DNA of 26,432 nt from Candidatus Poribacteria bacterium (GCA_046582655.1 JAYGDX010000325.1:1-26432); one strand, 5' to 3'. Numbered from the stretch's first letter, positions 9,197 through 18,193 are shown. A program made the numbers and translations. Notes: a model not told the origin generated them from the letters alone.

Positions 9197-10450
9197 TTAG
9201 AATGGTAGAAGATTCCCTGATGGATCAAACGCAAACGCTTTGGCTTCGCTAATAATTTCAAGATCACTTCGCAATTCAGCATCTTCAACTAAGTTTTCAG
9301 ATATATCTACCTCACCCAGTTTAAGGGTATTTTGAATCCTTACGATTCTGGCTTCTTCTGGAGGCGTCAGACCGATTGTATTGAGTGCGGCTTCAATTAC
9401 TTCCAGATCCGTATCATAGTGAAACGGAATTCGTGACTTTTGAGGACCTAGTCCTGTAAGTCCGTTCATGTAGGTTGCTTTTTTATCAAATTTTTCTACA
9501 AGCCGTGTTGTGGTGAAATCTGCCAGACCAATCCCTGTCGCATTTCCCAAACTGTCTTCAGTTAAATCACGGGCAAAAATGCGAGTAATAGAGGGTTTCT
9601 CCGGATCTGGTTCGAAATTCTGCATATACCGGCCAATGACATTGGTGTCCATGCCAGTACCAGAAATATTCTTACCCACTTCATCTAAAATCAGAAAGTC
9701 TAATTCATCAAACGGCAACTTGCCAGACAAAGCTTTGGCTTCAACCAACAATTCGCGTTCGCAACGCACAAAATCTTTTGATTGTATGGCGGAGACTTTT
9801 GCCGTTTGTTGATAGGCATTTTCAACCAAGGCAACACCAAATCCGATCTTATCAGCCTCGATTAAAAGACGTCCGGAGGCAAGGATAACATGCTCGAAAC
9901 CATAACGAAAGAATGCGCGATGGTACATACTGGCGCCTTTTTGTTTGCCAAAGCCAATTGCCAGCATCTTCATTAGGCCGCTTTCAATAGATCCGTGAAA
10001 ATCAGTATGGGATTTGACGCGATTGACTGGTATAGCCGCATCCGCCTCATAGGCATAGCGGTCGAGAAAAACAGGTAAATCGTCAGCCGTTCTACCAACT
10101 TCGACCACTTCCATGGTTGCTCGGATCGGTGCCTTCATTTTCTCTTCGGTAATACCGTAATGTGCCAAAATATCCTTTTGGCCTTCTGGTGTTGCTCCAC
10201 CATGACTGCCCATAGCAGGAAAAACAAACGGCTTTGCACCAATCTCCTTTAAATAGTCCACCACCGATTTGATAGCGACATCAATGTTAGCGATTCCACG
10301 GCTTCCGGCACCAACTGCTACAGCATCTCCCGACTTTACAATTGAGTCCACGCCGATTTGATCGAGTTCGGTAAAAACCGTGGATCGGACATCTTCAACC
10401 ACATCAGTTGGGAATTTTTGCTTCACTCTAATCATCTTTGGTAATAGCAT
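9197..10450 (-). CDS. LarA (lactate racemase) N-terminal domain-containing protein, DUF2088/DUF362-like, function unknown
   Basis: GSRGIAN, PAMGSHGGATPEGQ, NRVKSHTDF, ESGLMKMLAIGFGK, GKNISGTGMDTNVIGR, GNATGIGLAD are motifs of this widespread family; GAGGG RBS. Confidence 0.8.
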   Translation of the reverse strand: MLLPKMIRVKQKFPTDVVEDVRSTVFTELDQIGVDSIVKSGDAVAVGAGSRGIANIDVAIKSVVDYLKEIGAKPFVFPAMGSHGGATPEGQKDILAHYGITEEKMKAPIRATMEVVEVGRTADDLPVFLDRYAYEADAAIPVNRVKSHTDFHGSIESGLMKMLAIGFGKQKGASMYHRAFFRYGFEHVILASGRLLIEADKIGFGVALVENAYQQTAKVSAIQSKDFVRCERELLVEAKALSGKLPFDELDFLILDEVGKNISGTGMDTNVIGRYMQNFEPDPEKPSITRIFARDLTEDSLGNATGIGLADFTTTRLVEKFDKKATYMNGLTGLGPQKSRIPFHYDTDLEVIEAALNTIGLTPPEEARIVRIQNTLKLGEVDISENLVEDAELRSDLEIISEAKAFAFDPSGNLLPF

Positions 10451-10516
10451 AACACCCTCATATTATTGTATAATTTCTCAAATGTTATCAGAGCATTAGG
10501 TCTATTTGCAAACGAA

Positions 10517-11650
10517 ATGTATAGTCAGAAGCTAAGTCGAAGAATCAAAGAGATTGCTCAGCAAATGGGATTTGACCTTGTTGGCATCACTCAGGCAGAT
10601 CCCCCTAAAATGATCGATCGTTACCAAAAATGGCTGGACAAAGGATATGCCGGTAAAATGGAGTATCTTAAACGGCATCTGAATTTGAAGAGGGACCCAA
10701 AAACTATACTCTCTGAGGCCAAGTCGGTTATCTGCGTAGGAATGAATTACCACACGATTGAACCCGATTCGGCACGAAAAATTGATCCGTTACGCGGGCA
10801 AATATCGCGTTACGCCTGGGGGGATGACTACCATGATATCATACGGGCAAAACTGAAAAAATTGGTGAAAATTATCGAAAAAATCGCTCGAACGGAAACG
10901 AACAATCGCGTTTTTGTGGATTCAGGCCCGATCTTGGAACGAGAGTACGCTCAAAACGCCGGGTTAGGTTGGCTGGCCAAGAACACCAATTTAATCAATT
11001 GGGAAAAAGGGTCGTGGTATTTTCTGGCAGAGATATTAATTGACATCCCGCTTCAGCCGGATCAAATTGAACTTCGTGGCAGTTGTGGCACCTGTACACT
11101 TTGCATTGAGGCTTGCCCGACGGATGCTATAGTTGAGCCTAACGTTCTCGACTCACGCCTTTGCATCTCGTATTTGACAATTGAACTCAAAGAGTCAATT
11201 CCCAGAGAAATACGTCCAAAGATGGGCAACTTAATATTTGGATGTGACATCTGTCAGGAAGTTTGTCCATGGAACAGCAAGGCCACACCATCTTTGGAAA
11301 AAGGATTCCAGCCGCGAAAAGGTAATTTTCTTCCTAAACTGACTTCACTAATGAACATGACACAGGAAGAGTTCAATCGACGTTTCAAAGAGAGCCCGGT
11401 TAAAAGATCTAAACGACGCGGCTTTCTCAGAAACGTGGCGGTTGCTCTTGGCAATTCGAAAGACAAATCAGTCGTCACCGTACTTGGAAAGGCACTGAAT
11501 GACTCCGAACCACTTGTACGTGGTCATGCCGCATGGGGGCTAGGACAAATCGGCGGAGATAATGCAACTCAGGCACTTAAAGAACGACTTGAGGTCGAAG
11601 AAAATCCAGAAATTATTGATGAACTCGAGTTTGCAATCAACTCAATTTAG
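10517..11650 (+). CDS. queG: tRNA epoxyqueuosine(34) reductase QueG (cobalamin- and 4Fe-4S-dependent), with C-terminal HEAT repeats
   Basis: GYAGKMEYL, ISRYAWGDDYH, FVDSGPILER, CGTCTLCIEACPT, CISYLTIE, GCDICQEVCPWN, RNVAVALGN. ATG 10517 preferred over TTG 10466 because TATAAT lies at 10469-10474. Confidence 0.96.
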   Translation: MYSQKLSRRIKEIAQQMGFDLVGITQADPPKMIDRYQKWLDKGYAGKMEYLKRHLNLKRDPKTILSEAKSVICVGMNYHTIEPDSARKIDPLRGQISRYAWGDDYHDIIRAKLKKLVKIIEKIARTETNNRVFVDSGPILEREYAQNAGLGWLAKNTNLINWEKGSWYFLAEILIDIPLQPDQIELRGSCGTCTLCIEACPTDAIVEPNVLDSRLCISYLTIELKESIPREIRPKMGNLIFGCDICQEVCPWNSKATPSLEKGFQPRKGNFLPKLTSLMNMTQEEFNRRFKESPVKRSKRRGFLRNVAVALGNSKDKSVVTVLGKALNDSEPLVRGHAAWGLGQIGGDNATQALKERLEVEENPEIIDELEFAINSI

Positions 11651-11659
11651 CTGTATAAT
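11631..11659 (+). promoter_or_regulatory. Sigma-70-type promoter for the riboswitch leader (overlaps the 3' end of queG)
   Basis: TTGCAA (11631-11636), 17-nt spacer, TATAAT (11654-11659). Confidence 0.6.
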
Positions 11660-11743
11660 CCTATCGGAATATGGATCACTAAGTATTCAACATTTTTTGT
11701 CACACCCAAAATAATTTTTCATATAAAATTTGTGTCTGATTCG

Positions 11744-11975
11744 GTTCAGGTGCTGGCATTTAATACCAGATAATAGGGAAGTACGGTGAGAATCCGTCGC
11801 AGCCCCGCTACTGTAATCAACAGGGTTTGAGATCCCATTTGACTCAAGTCCATATGCCTGTGTTCGATATGCCACTATTCCTAATCTGGAGTGGGAAGGT
11901 GAATACAGGTCGTTGCTAGTCAGGAAACCTGCCTGAACTAATTGACGCATCAGCTTTCGTGGGAAAGTTGCGTTG
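11744..11975 (+). ncRNA. Cobalamin (AdoCbl, class I-type) riboswitch
   Basis: P1 GTTCAGG(11744-50)/CCTGAAC(11932-38); conserved AATAGGGAA, CGGTGAGAATCCG, GCAGCCCCGCTACTGTAA, GCCACT...GGGAAGG and B12 box AGTCAGGAAACCTGCC; P8-type pairing CCTGTGTTC/GAATACAGG; P13 hairpin whose GTGGG is complementary to L5 CCCGC. Confidence 0.95.
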
Positions 11976-12017
11976 AAGGAACCGCATTTCATCTGTCTGC
12001 GAGTCGATTCTTTTGAG

Positions 12018-12046
12018 CCAATTTTCCTAACGAAAATTGGTTTTTT
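12018..12046 (+). terminator. Intrinsic terminator (attenuator) in the riboswitch expression platform
   Basis: CCAATTTTC-ctaac-GAAAATTGG 9-bp stem followed by TTTTTT, about 25 nt before the start codon. Confidence 0.7.
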
Positions 12047-12070
12047 CTATTCAAAAGCGAGGAGATTTTG

Positions 12071-13204
12071 ATGAAAATGCTAAAAATCATAGCTAAAGCA
12101 GCGACAGCTATGTTTATCGTTAGCTTCAGTGTTTCCGCACAAGTTAAGAACCTGGCTATAGTTGCCAACGGTCTCAAAGATCCCGGATCCATCTCAATCG
12201 TCGATCTCAACCAACCGGACACCAAAAAAGCAGTCAAAAACGACATCATTACTATTGGTTCTACTCCCAACGACGTACAGGTTCACCAGAATCTGGCTTA
12301 TGTTGTCAACACTTATAGTAACAACGTTCAGATTATTGATTTACTTGAGCAAAACAGCGTGGGTGAAATTTCGGTTGGTCCCGGTGCGTTGCCAGAAAAG
12401 ATTGCCTTTGCTGATTTCTCCAAAGCTTATGTTACCTGTAATGGCCTAGATCAGGTCGCAGTTCTTAATCTGAATACCAGGTCTGTTACCAGTACAATCA
12501 AGGTTAGATCTAAACCTTGGGGAATTACCGTAATTAACAAGAAAGCTTACGTCGCCAATTCAGCTGCGGTAACCAATTGGGTTACTTTTAAAACAACCTA
12601 TGGCGAGAGCAGCGTATCGGTTATTGATACGGCGACCGATCAAGTTATAAAAACAATTAAGGTAGCAACCAACGCAACGGAGATCACAACCGATGGAAAC
12701 TCCAAAGTGTTAGTTATCTCAACGGGCGATTACGCCATGATACCAGGACTATTGACAATTATAAATGTAAATACTGACGAAATTGAAAAAACGGTCAAAC
12801 TTAAAACTACTCCAGGTGCAATAGTCGTAAATCGCGCGCAACAGATTGTGGTAATTAACACCGCCACTGGAGCCATGGTTTACGATTTAGTCCATAACAA
12901 ACTTGTCCGTGACAAAAACAACCCGATTGCTGAATTTTTAGGTGGATTTGGCATGACAGTCGATCAGGAGAAAAGTACCTACTATGTCTGTGTTCCGGAT
13001 TGGACCGGGGGAGGTCTTGACGAACTGCGCGTCATCAACTCAAAGTACAATCTGGTCAAGCGTTATCAGGTTGGGAGGGGGGCCTCTGTTGTCGCGGTTG
13101 CCCAAGTTGAAGGCAAAAATTCGATAGGGGTTTCAGAAATTGGAAATCTGTACCAAACAACATGGGGAGTAGTTAAACATGATGTAGGCATAACTAATAA
13201 ATGA
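12071..13204 (+). CDS. Secreted YncE/YVTN-type beta-propeller protein (BtuG-like candidate corrinoid-binding protein)
   Basis: Sec signal (…SFSVSA|Q); repeats AYVVN..SNNVQIID, AYVTCNG.DQVAVLN, AYVANS...SVSVIDTAT; AGGAG RBS 6 nt before ATG 12071; first gene after the riboswitch. Confidence 0.75.
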   Translation: MKMLKIIAKAATAMFIVSFSVSAQVKNLAIVANGLKDPGSISIVDLNQPDTKKAVKNDIITIGSTPNDVQVHQNLAYVVNTYSNNVQIIDLLEQNSVGEISVGPGALPEKIAFADFSKAYVTCNGLDQVAVLNLNTRSVTSTIKVRSKPWGITVINKKAYVANSAAVTNWVTFKTTYGESSVSVIDTATDQVIKTIKVATNATEITTDGNSKVLVISTGDYAMIPGLLTIINVNTDEIEKTVKLKTTPGAIVVNRAQQIVVINTATGAMVYDLVHNKLVRDKNNPIAEFLGGFGMTVDQEKSTYYVCVPDWTGGGLDELRVINSKYNLVKRYQVGRGASVVAVAQVEGKNSIGVSEIGNLYQTTWGVVKHDVGITNK

Positions 13205-14988
13205 TGTCTGGTTTTTGTATCAGGTTTCTGTGCATCCTTCTTCTCCTTTTTTTAGGGTGCTTCCGTAAAATAGAACAGGCCGATTTTTCTGATTTTACCG
13301 CTAAGGTCGAGTTTTTTCAGCGCGGGGCAAAAATTCACTTTCCCGATCACAACCGAAAACAGGTACAACGAGTTAGCGTCTTCAACGTGGCAAATAATCA
13401 AATTTTGGCTGAGCTCGATCTTGGTGGACTAGCTAATAAAACTGAGTCGGTCTACTTTAGATGGTCTAAAGATCAGAATTACCAATTTAGGTTTGAAGGT
13501 TTAGATGGGGAACAAACTTGGCAGGTTCATACAGCATCTGACCTTGAACCGCGAGGGTCAATCCGAATTGGAGTTCCCTATCCAGACGCAAATCCGTCCA
13601 AAAGTTCGCTCATTCTGTATGGATCTGAAGCACATGTGTCAGTCATGGTTGAAAACGGTTTTGAGGCACCGATCAATTTTCGGATTGAGATTGAAACCCC
13701 ATTCACATCACCTATCATTCGGCAATCATCCTTTGTTACCGGATTTGAAGTATGGCACGACCAATTTAGGCTGAAGATACCCGATGAATTTACTTCACCT
13801 GATACAAAAATTGTGGGACGCGTTTTCTTTGAAAATCCGGATGGTAAAAAATGGACAAGATCCTCATCAATAGAATTACGGTTAGTTTCAATTCAGGCCG
13901 TTGCCGAGCAAATTTCAATTGAGGAAATCCTGATGCCGACCGATGCCAATGGAACTTCTAACCTGAGACAACGACCGGATGCGATAAAACTACCCGCAAA
14001 TCGTGAGCGACACAATGCTTACATCCCGATTGCCTTTCAAACAGTACGAATTCGAAATCAACACTCAGAAACAATTCATGCCGTTGTGTCATCCATTAAC
14101 CGTGACGTTAGAACAAATAAAGCTATTTCGTTTCTGACACCGCCTAATGAAATCGGTCCTAATTCAAATCAAAGCTTTGCCATAATCAGTTTAGCAGGCG
14201 AAAGTGTCACAGATATCGTTCTTCCATTTTATCTGAACCCTTCCTCGAAACCAAGAACAGGTCACTACAAACGGGACATTAAGATCAAAGTTTGGGGAAA
14301 CAAAACTCCTGTTTTGTCTGCAAGCTACCCGCTTGAAATTATTAAACCGAATATATATTCGCTGGCTACGGCGGGGATCGCCACTGTGGTCGCTGGTTTT
14401 GGCCTGATTGGGTTAGTTCGATTCCATCAAAAAATCCTCAGTTTTTTTTCTACCAAAGAGTTAGTTCTTACCGCGCTTTTCGCCACCACAATCTTCGTTA
14501 CCGTAAGCGTACCGACAACACTATTTTTCACAATTATCAATGCGCTACTTGGACCAGCTTCTTTTCTGGTCATTGGATTCATCAATGAAATACTATACTA
14601 TGCTTTGCTGACGGCTTTAATCATGCTAATCCAAAAACCATGGACAATAACATTGGTATCGGCGGTGCGGGTTTTGCTTGGTGGCATTCTGCTCGGAGCG
14701 TTCACCCCATTTACCCTTGTTTATGTTGGTATTTCTACCATTTTATTGGAACTCGGTTTTTTGTTGTCCGGCCAAGGTAGAAATGGACTTATACTTGCTT
14801 TGACCTTTGGTGTCTGCGACGCACTTAGTGTCTATATCAACTTTCAGATTAGCATCGCCTTTTATCGCCTTTTCTATGCAAGCTGGTACATCTGGACCAT
14901 GATTGTAATTTCCGGATTTGCCTATACTGTTATCGGTGTATTGTTAGGAAAACGCATTGGCCTCGGATTACAGGCAATCACGGAATAA
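13201..14988 (+). CDS. Putative lipoprotein with a large extracytoplasmic domain fused to a C-terminal multi-TM ECF S-component-like domain
   Basis: Lipobox-like LFLGC at residues 16-20; about 360 aa soluble beta-rich region; one TM, then FSTKELVLTALF and about 6 further hydrophobic segments, as in S components (MptD/HtsT-like); ATGA overlap with the upstream gene. Confidence 0.6.
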   Translation: MMSGFCIRFLCILLLLFLGCFRKIEQADFSDFTAKVEFFQRGAKIHFPDHNRKQVQRVSVFNVANNQILAELDLGGLANKTESVYFRWSKDQNYQFRFEGLDGEQTWQVHTASDLEPRGSIRIGVPYPDANPSKSSLILYGSEAHVSVMVENGFEAPINFRIEIETPFTSPIIRQSSFVTGFEVWHDQFRLKIPDEFTSPDTKIVGRVFFENPDGKKWTRSSSIELRLVSIQAVAEQISIEEILMPTDANGTSNLRQRPDAIKLPANRERHNAYIPIAFQTVRIRNQHSETIHAVVSSINRDVRTNKAISFLTPPNEIGPNSNQSFAIISLAGESVTDIVLPFYLNPSSKPRTGHYKRDIKIKVWGNKTPVLSASYPLEIIKPNIYSLATAGIATVVAGFGLIGLVRFHQKILSFFSTKELVLTALFATTIFVTVSVPTTLFFTIINALLGPASFLVIGFINEILYYALLTALIMLIQKPWTITLVSAVRVLLGGILLGAFTPFTLVYVGISTILLELGFLLSGQGRNGLILALTFGVCDALSVYINFQISIAFYRLFYASWYIWTMIVISGFAYTVIGVLLGKRIGLGLQAITE

Positions 14989-16448
14989 TGAAGAACCAAA
15001 GTTTGACAGCTAGAAAATCCAGCGTGTTATACATTACTCTTTTTACCTTTTGCTTTTTCATTTATGATGGTGCCGTTTGTGGCCAGATCGAAATCAATTC
15101 TATCCTGCCACCGTTTTCCAAACTTCAGAGGCCAGCACAACCCACCACAATCGCACTCTCTCCTGACGGTAGTCAACTGGTATTGGGAACAAGTTCTGGG
15201 TACCTTGCCACTATCAGCACAATCACTGAAAAAATGATATGGAAGACTCGAATCTCACAGGGATATGCCAAACACGCAACTTTTGCTTTGAATGGCAAGC
15301 AATTTTACCTGGGTGAGCAATCAGCCGATGGATTCATTTTCTGTTATGATGTCTCCAAATCACGAAAGCCCAAGCTTTTGTGGAAATATCGTCTTGCTAA
15401 TGATATCGATACATCCATACCGGAAAACCCAGACGATTATTATGCCTGGATTCAGTATCCCGGTCCACATCGTATTGCTGCCACCAGTCAGGGAGACTTA
15501 ATTGTTGCAGCTGTCCATTCATGGTATAAGGATGGTCAATCACTGATCAAATCGCAACTTTATCGATTCGATGCTAAAACAGGAAATCCAATATGGAAGT
15601 TTCCATCCGAAAGACCGCTTCCGATGATTATCCGCTGGTTTGATTACAGTCATGATGGCCGAACGATTGCTTTCGTCTGTGATAAACACTCAGCCGATCA
15701 ATCGATTGGAGATTTAAAACCGGGATCTCTTTACATTGTCGATGGTGAAACGGGGAAAATTCGATGGGGGCACACTTTTACGGCGCTAACGCCTTATTTT
15801 GACCAGGTAACTTTCTGGCGTGGTGTTGCTGTCTCACCTGATGGCAAGTCAATTGGTGTGACAACCAATGATGGTCGAGCCTTTATTTTCTCAGAGGAAA
15901 AACCGATTTGGCAGGAAGATCTAACTACACCCATTGAAATCAGTGGCATCCCAATCACTGCAACATCAGGAACGGTTGGAACAACAAATGAATTTATAAT
16001 CTTTATTACTGGCGATACTTTCGTACCCTATCATCTGCAAAAAGGCGTCAAACGCCCACCAACCACGCATCCAAATGGACTTACTCTTTTCGGGTATCAA
16101 TGGAATGGGCAGAAATCATGGCAGTGGAAATTAGAGAATATGCCGCAAGGGCTGTGTATTGATCTATCTGGAAAATACGCAGCGATTCCGATCTCAAGGT
16201 ACGGTCAAACCGATACAGAAAGGCCAAACGGCGTTTCAATTTTTGATCTAACGACAGAGGGAGGAGGACTTGAAAAGTATCTCCGTACCTATCGTCTGGC
16301 AGGCCAAATTCCCTATGATATGATCGCGATCGATCGAAATGGACGGCAAATTGCTGTGGTTGAAACAGTAATCAACACTAGTGGAGAAGAACAGCAAGGT
16401 AAAAACCAAGTACATATCATTACAACTGAAATAAAAGACACAAACTGA
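14988..16448 (+). CDS. Secreted PQQ/WD40-like beta-propeller repeat protein
   Basis: N-terminal hydrophobic signal; repeats ALSPDG, FDAKTGNPIWKF, VDGETGKIRWGH, AVSPDG; TAATG overlap with the upstream gene. Confidence 0.75.
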   Translation: MKNQSLTARKSSVLYITLFTFCFFIYDGAVCGQIEINSILPPFSKLQRPAQPTTIALSPDGSQLVLGTSSGYLATISTITEKMIWKTRISQGYAKHATFALNGKQFYLGEQSADGFIFCYDVSKSRKPKLLWKYRLANDIDTSIPENPDDYYAWIQYPGPHRIAATSQGDLIVAAVHSWYKDGQSLIKSQLYRFDAKTGNPIWKFPSERPLPMIIRWFDYSHDGRTIAFVCDKHSADQSIGDLKPGSLYIVDGETGKIRWGHTFTALTPYFDQVTFWRGVAVSPDGKSIGVTTNDGRAFIFSEEKPIWQEDLTTPIEISGIPITATSGTVGTTNEFIIFITGDTFVPYHLQKGVKRPPTTHPNGLTLFGYQWNGQKSWQWKLENMPQGLCIDLSGKYAAIPISRYGQTDTERPNGVSIFDLTTEGGGLEKYLRTYRLAGQIPYDMIAIDRNGRQIAVVETVINTSGEEQQGKNQVHIITTEIKDTN

Positions 16449-16510
16449 GATATCAGTTTTCAGATGGCAGAAGTTGACATCGTGTCTGTTTTACCGTAGA
16501 ATCAGTAATC

Positions 16511-18193
16511 ATGAATTTTTGGTCAGATTACATTAAATCTGTGCTCAAGAACCCCTTCCCGTACAGGATTTCTTCCCATTTCTTACCTCATCTGATTGTG
16601 GTCGCTGCAATACTTGCATATGCTTTAATTCAGATTCAACACTTCACACCTGCCCATCCAGAATATGATTGTGATGGATATTTGTTTCTGGCTAAACGCA
16701 TCGCCCGTTTTCAGCCACTTGCCGCAGACGATCCCGATCCCTTTCGTCATCAACTCCACTTTTGGGTTGAAACCCCAAATGGTGGAATTATGCCCAAATA
16801 TAGTCCGGGTTATCCATTTTTAATGGCCGTTGCTTACTGGTTCGGTGGTGACGAAGCAATGTGCTTGGTCAGCCCAATTGCGGGTACGCTGACATTAATT
16901 GGGGCCTTCCTGCTATTCCAACTATGGATGCAACCTTTTATGGCAGCTCTAGCGGTCTGGGTTTTAGCAATTAACCCAATGTGGCTTGCCTATCCAGGAT
17001 ATTTATTGACTCATGGAGTCAACACCTGTGCAATCACATGGGGCATGTACTTCCTGTGGAAGTGGGTTAGCAGCGGCGTGAACAAGTTCGGCATCCTAGC
17101 AGGCCTGATTCTTGGTTTTTCTGCTACAGTTCGTCCTACCAGCGTCCTGATGGCTGTTGTCATAGGAATCGCCGTCATTAAAAGGTTTCGGGACAATTAT
17201 AGAAATCAAGGGATAAACCAAGGTCTAACCAGAAACCCAGTCGTTCGATCAATTGGAATTCTAGTCTTGTCATATTTGGCGTTTGCCTTAGTCATAATAA
17301 GTTTTAATTGGACACATTTTGGACATCCGATTAGAACTGGCTATGGACTCAGTCAAGAACAAGCAGCATTTAAGCTCGAAATTCTGTGGAAAAATTTTGG
17401 TCGTGTTCTCGCAGGCCTAAATGAAACTTGCCTTTATCTCATTTTTCCGATTGGCTTGGTGGGACTATTTACCATGGGAACAATTTCAGAGCGCCTGATG
17501 CGGGTTGGTTGGTTTTTACCAACTTTTCTAATTTACTCGGCATACTATTGGCAAGCTAGTGGCATGCCTTTTCTACGATTTCTTATTTGTACTTTCCCCG
17601 TACTTATCGGATCGGGCTTTATGGTGCTGACACGTACTCTTAACCTAAATTCACCCGACGAACGGTTACGACAAAGAATTGTAAAGTACATTCCAATTAG
17701 CTTGTTTACCGCTTTAATTGTGTTTTTGCAGTATGGTCCGTCTCAAGCACAAATGGATCGCATGGTTTCAAGCGGAAAATCAGAAAAAAGGCTGGCGGCG
17801 GGTCGTATGCTGGCTCAGAATTTTGGTGACCACGTGGTAATTTTTTCACAAAGTCCATATGAAGCCTATCTCGACACGGTTCAAAACTTTCGGTACTATA
17901 ATCTTGCTCGTTTTTCCGGCGCCTGGGGTGGAGGAGAACGTCGCCATTCGCTTCGAACAAAAAAAATCAACGCATTTTACACAGCTTTCGATCAAGAGCA
18001 ACGTAACCAAAAACAAAAGGAAATCATTAGATCTTTTTTGAGTGAAAATCGTCCCGTTGTCTTCCTAATCCCCAAAAAATCACTTGAAGATCATGAAACG
18101 CGACTCGGATCGCATTTTATGTTCAGCCTATTTCAAGATTGGGAGAATGGTAACTGGGGGGTTTATCTTGTTAAATTCAATAGAAAAATTTGA
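16511..18193 (+). CDS. GT-C fold membrane glycosyltransferase (PMT_2/ArnT/GT39-like)
   Basis: First-loop acidic motif EYDCDGY, KYSPGYPFL, multiple TMs, GFSATVRP, FNWTHFGHP, RFL motif, soluble C-terminal tail. Confidence 0.7.
   Translation: MNFWSDYIKSVLKNPFPYRISSHFLPHLIVVAAILAYALIQIQHFTPAHPEYDCDGYLFLAKRIARFQPLAADDPDPFRHQLHFWVETPNGGIMPKYSPGYPFLMAVAYWFGGDEAMCLVSPIAGTLTLIGAFLLFQLWMQPFMAALAVWVLAINPMWLAYPGYLLTHGVNTCAITWGMYFLWKWVSSGVNKFGILAGLILGFSATVRPTSVLMAVVIGIAVIKRFRDNYRNQGINQGLTRNPVVRSIGILVLSYLAFALVIISFNWTHFGHPIRTGYGLSQEQAAFKLEILWKNFGRVLAGLNETCLYLIFPIGLVGLFTMGTISERLMRVGWFLPTFLIYSAYYWQASGMPFLRFLICTFPVLIGSGFMVLTRTLNLNSPDERLRQRIVKYIPISLFTALIVFLQYGPSQAQMDRMVSSGKSEKRLAAGRMLAQNFGDHVVIFSQSPYEAYLDTVQNFRYYNLARFSGAWGGGERRHSLRTKKINAFYTAFDQEQRNQKQKEIIRSFLSENRPVVFLIPKKSLEDHETRLGSHFMFSLFQDWENGNWGVYLVKFNRKI

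Noticed and set aside
11687..12270. Minus-strand ORFs 11687-11992 and 11989-12270
   Set aside because: Antisense to the riboswitch and the propeller gene; no recognisable protein features
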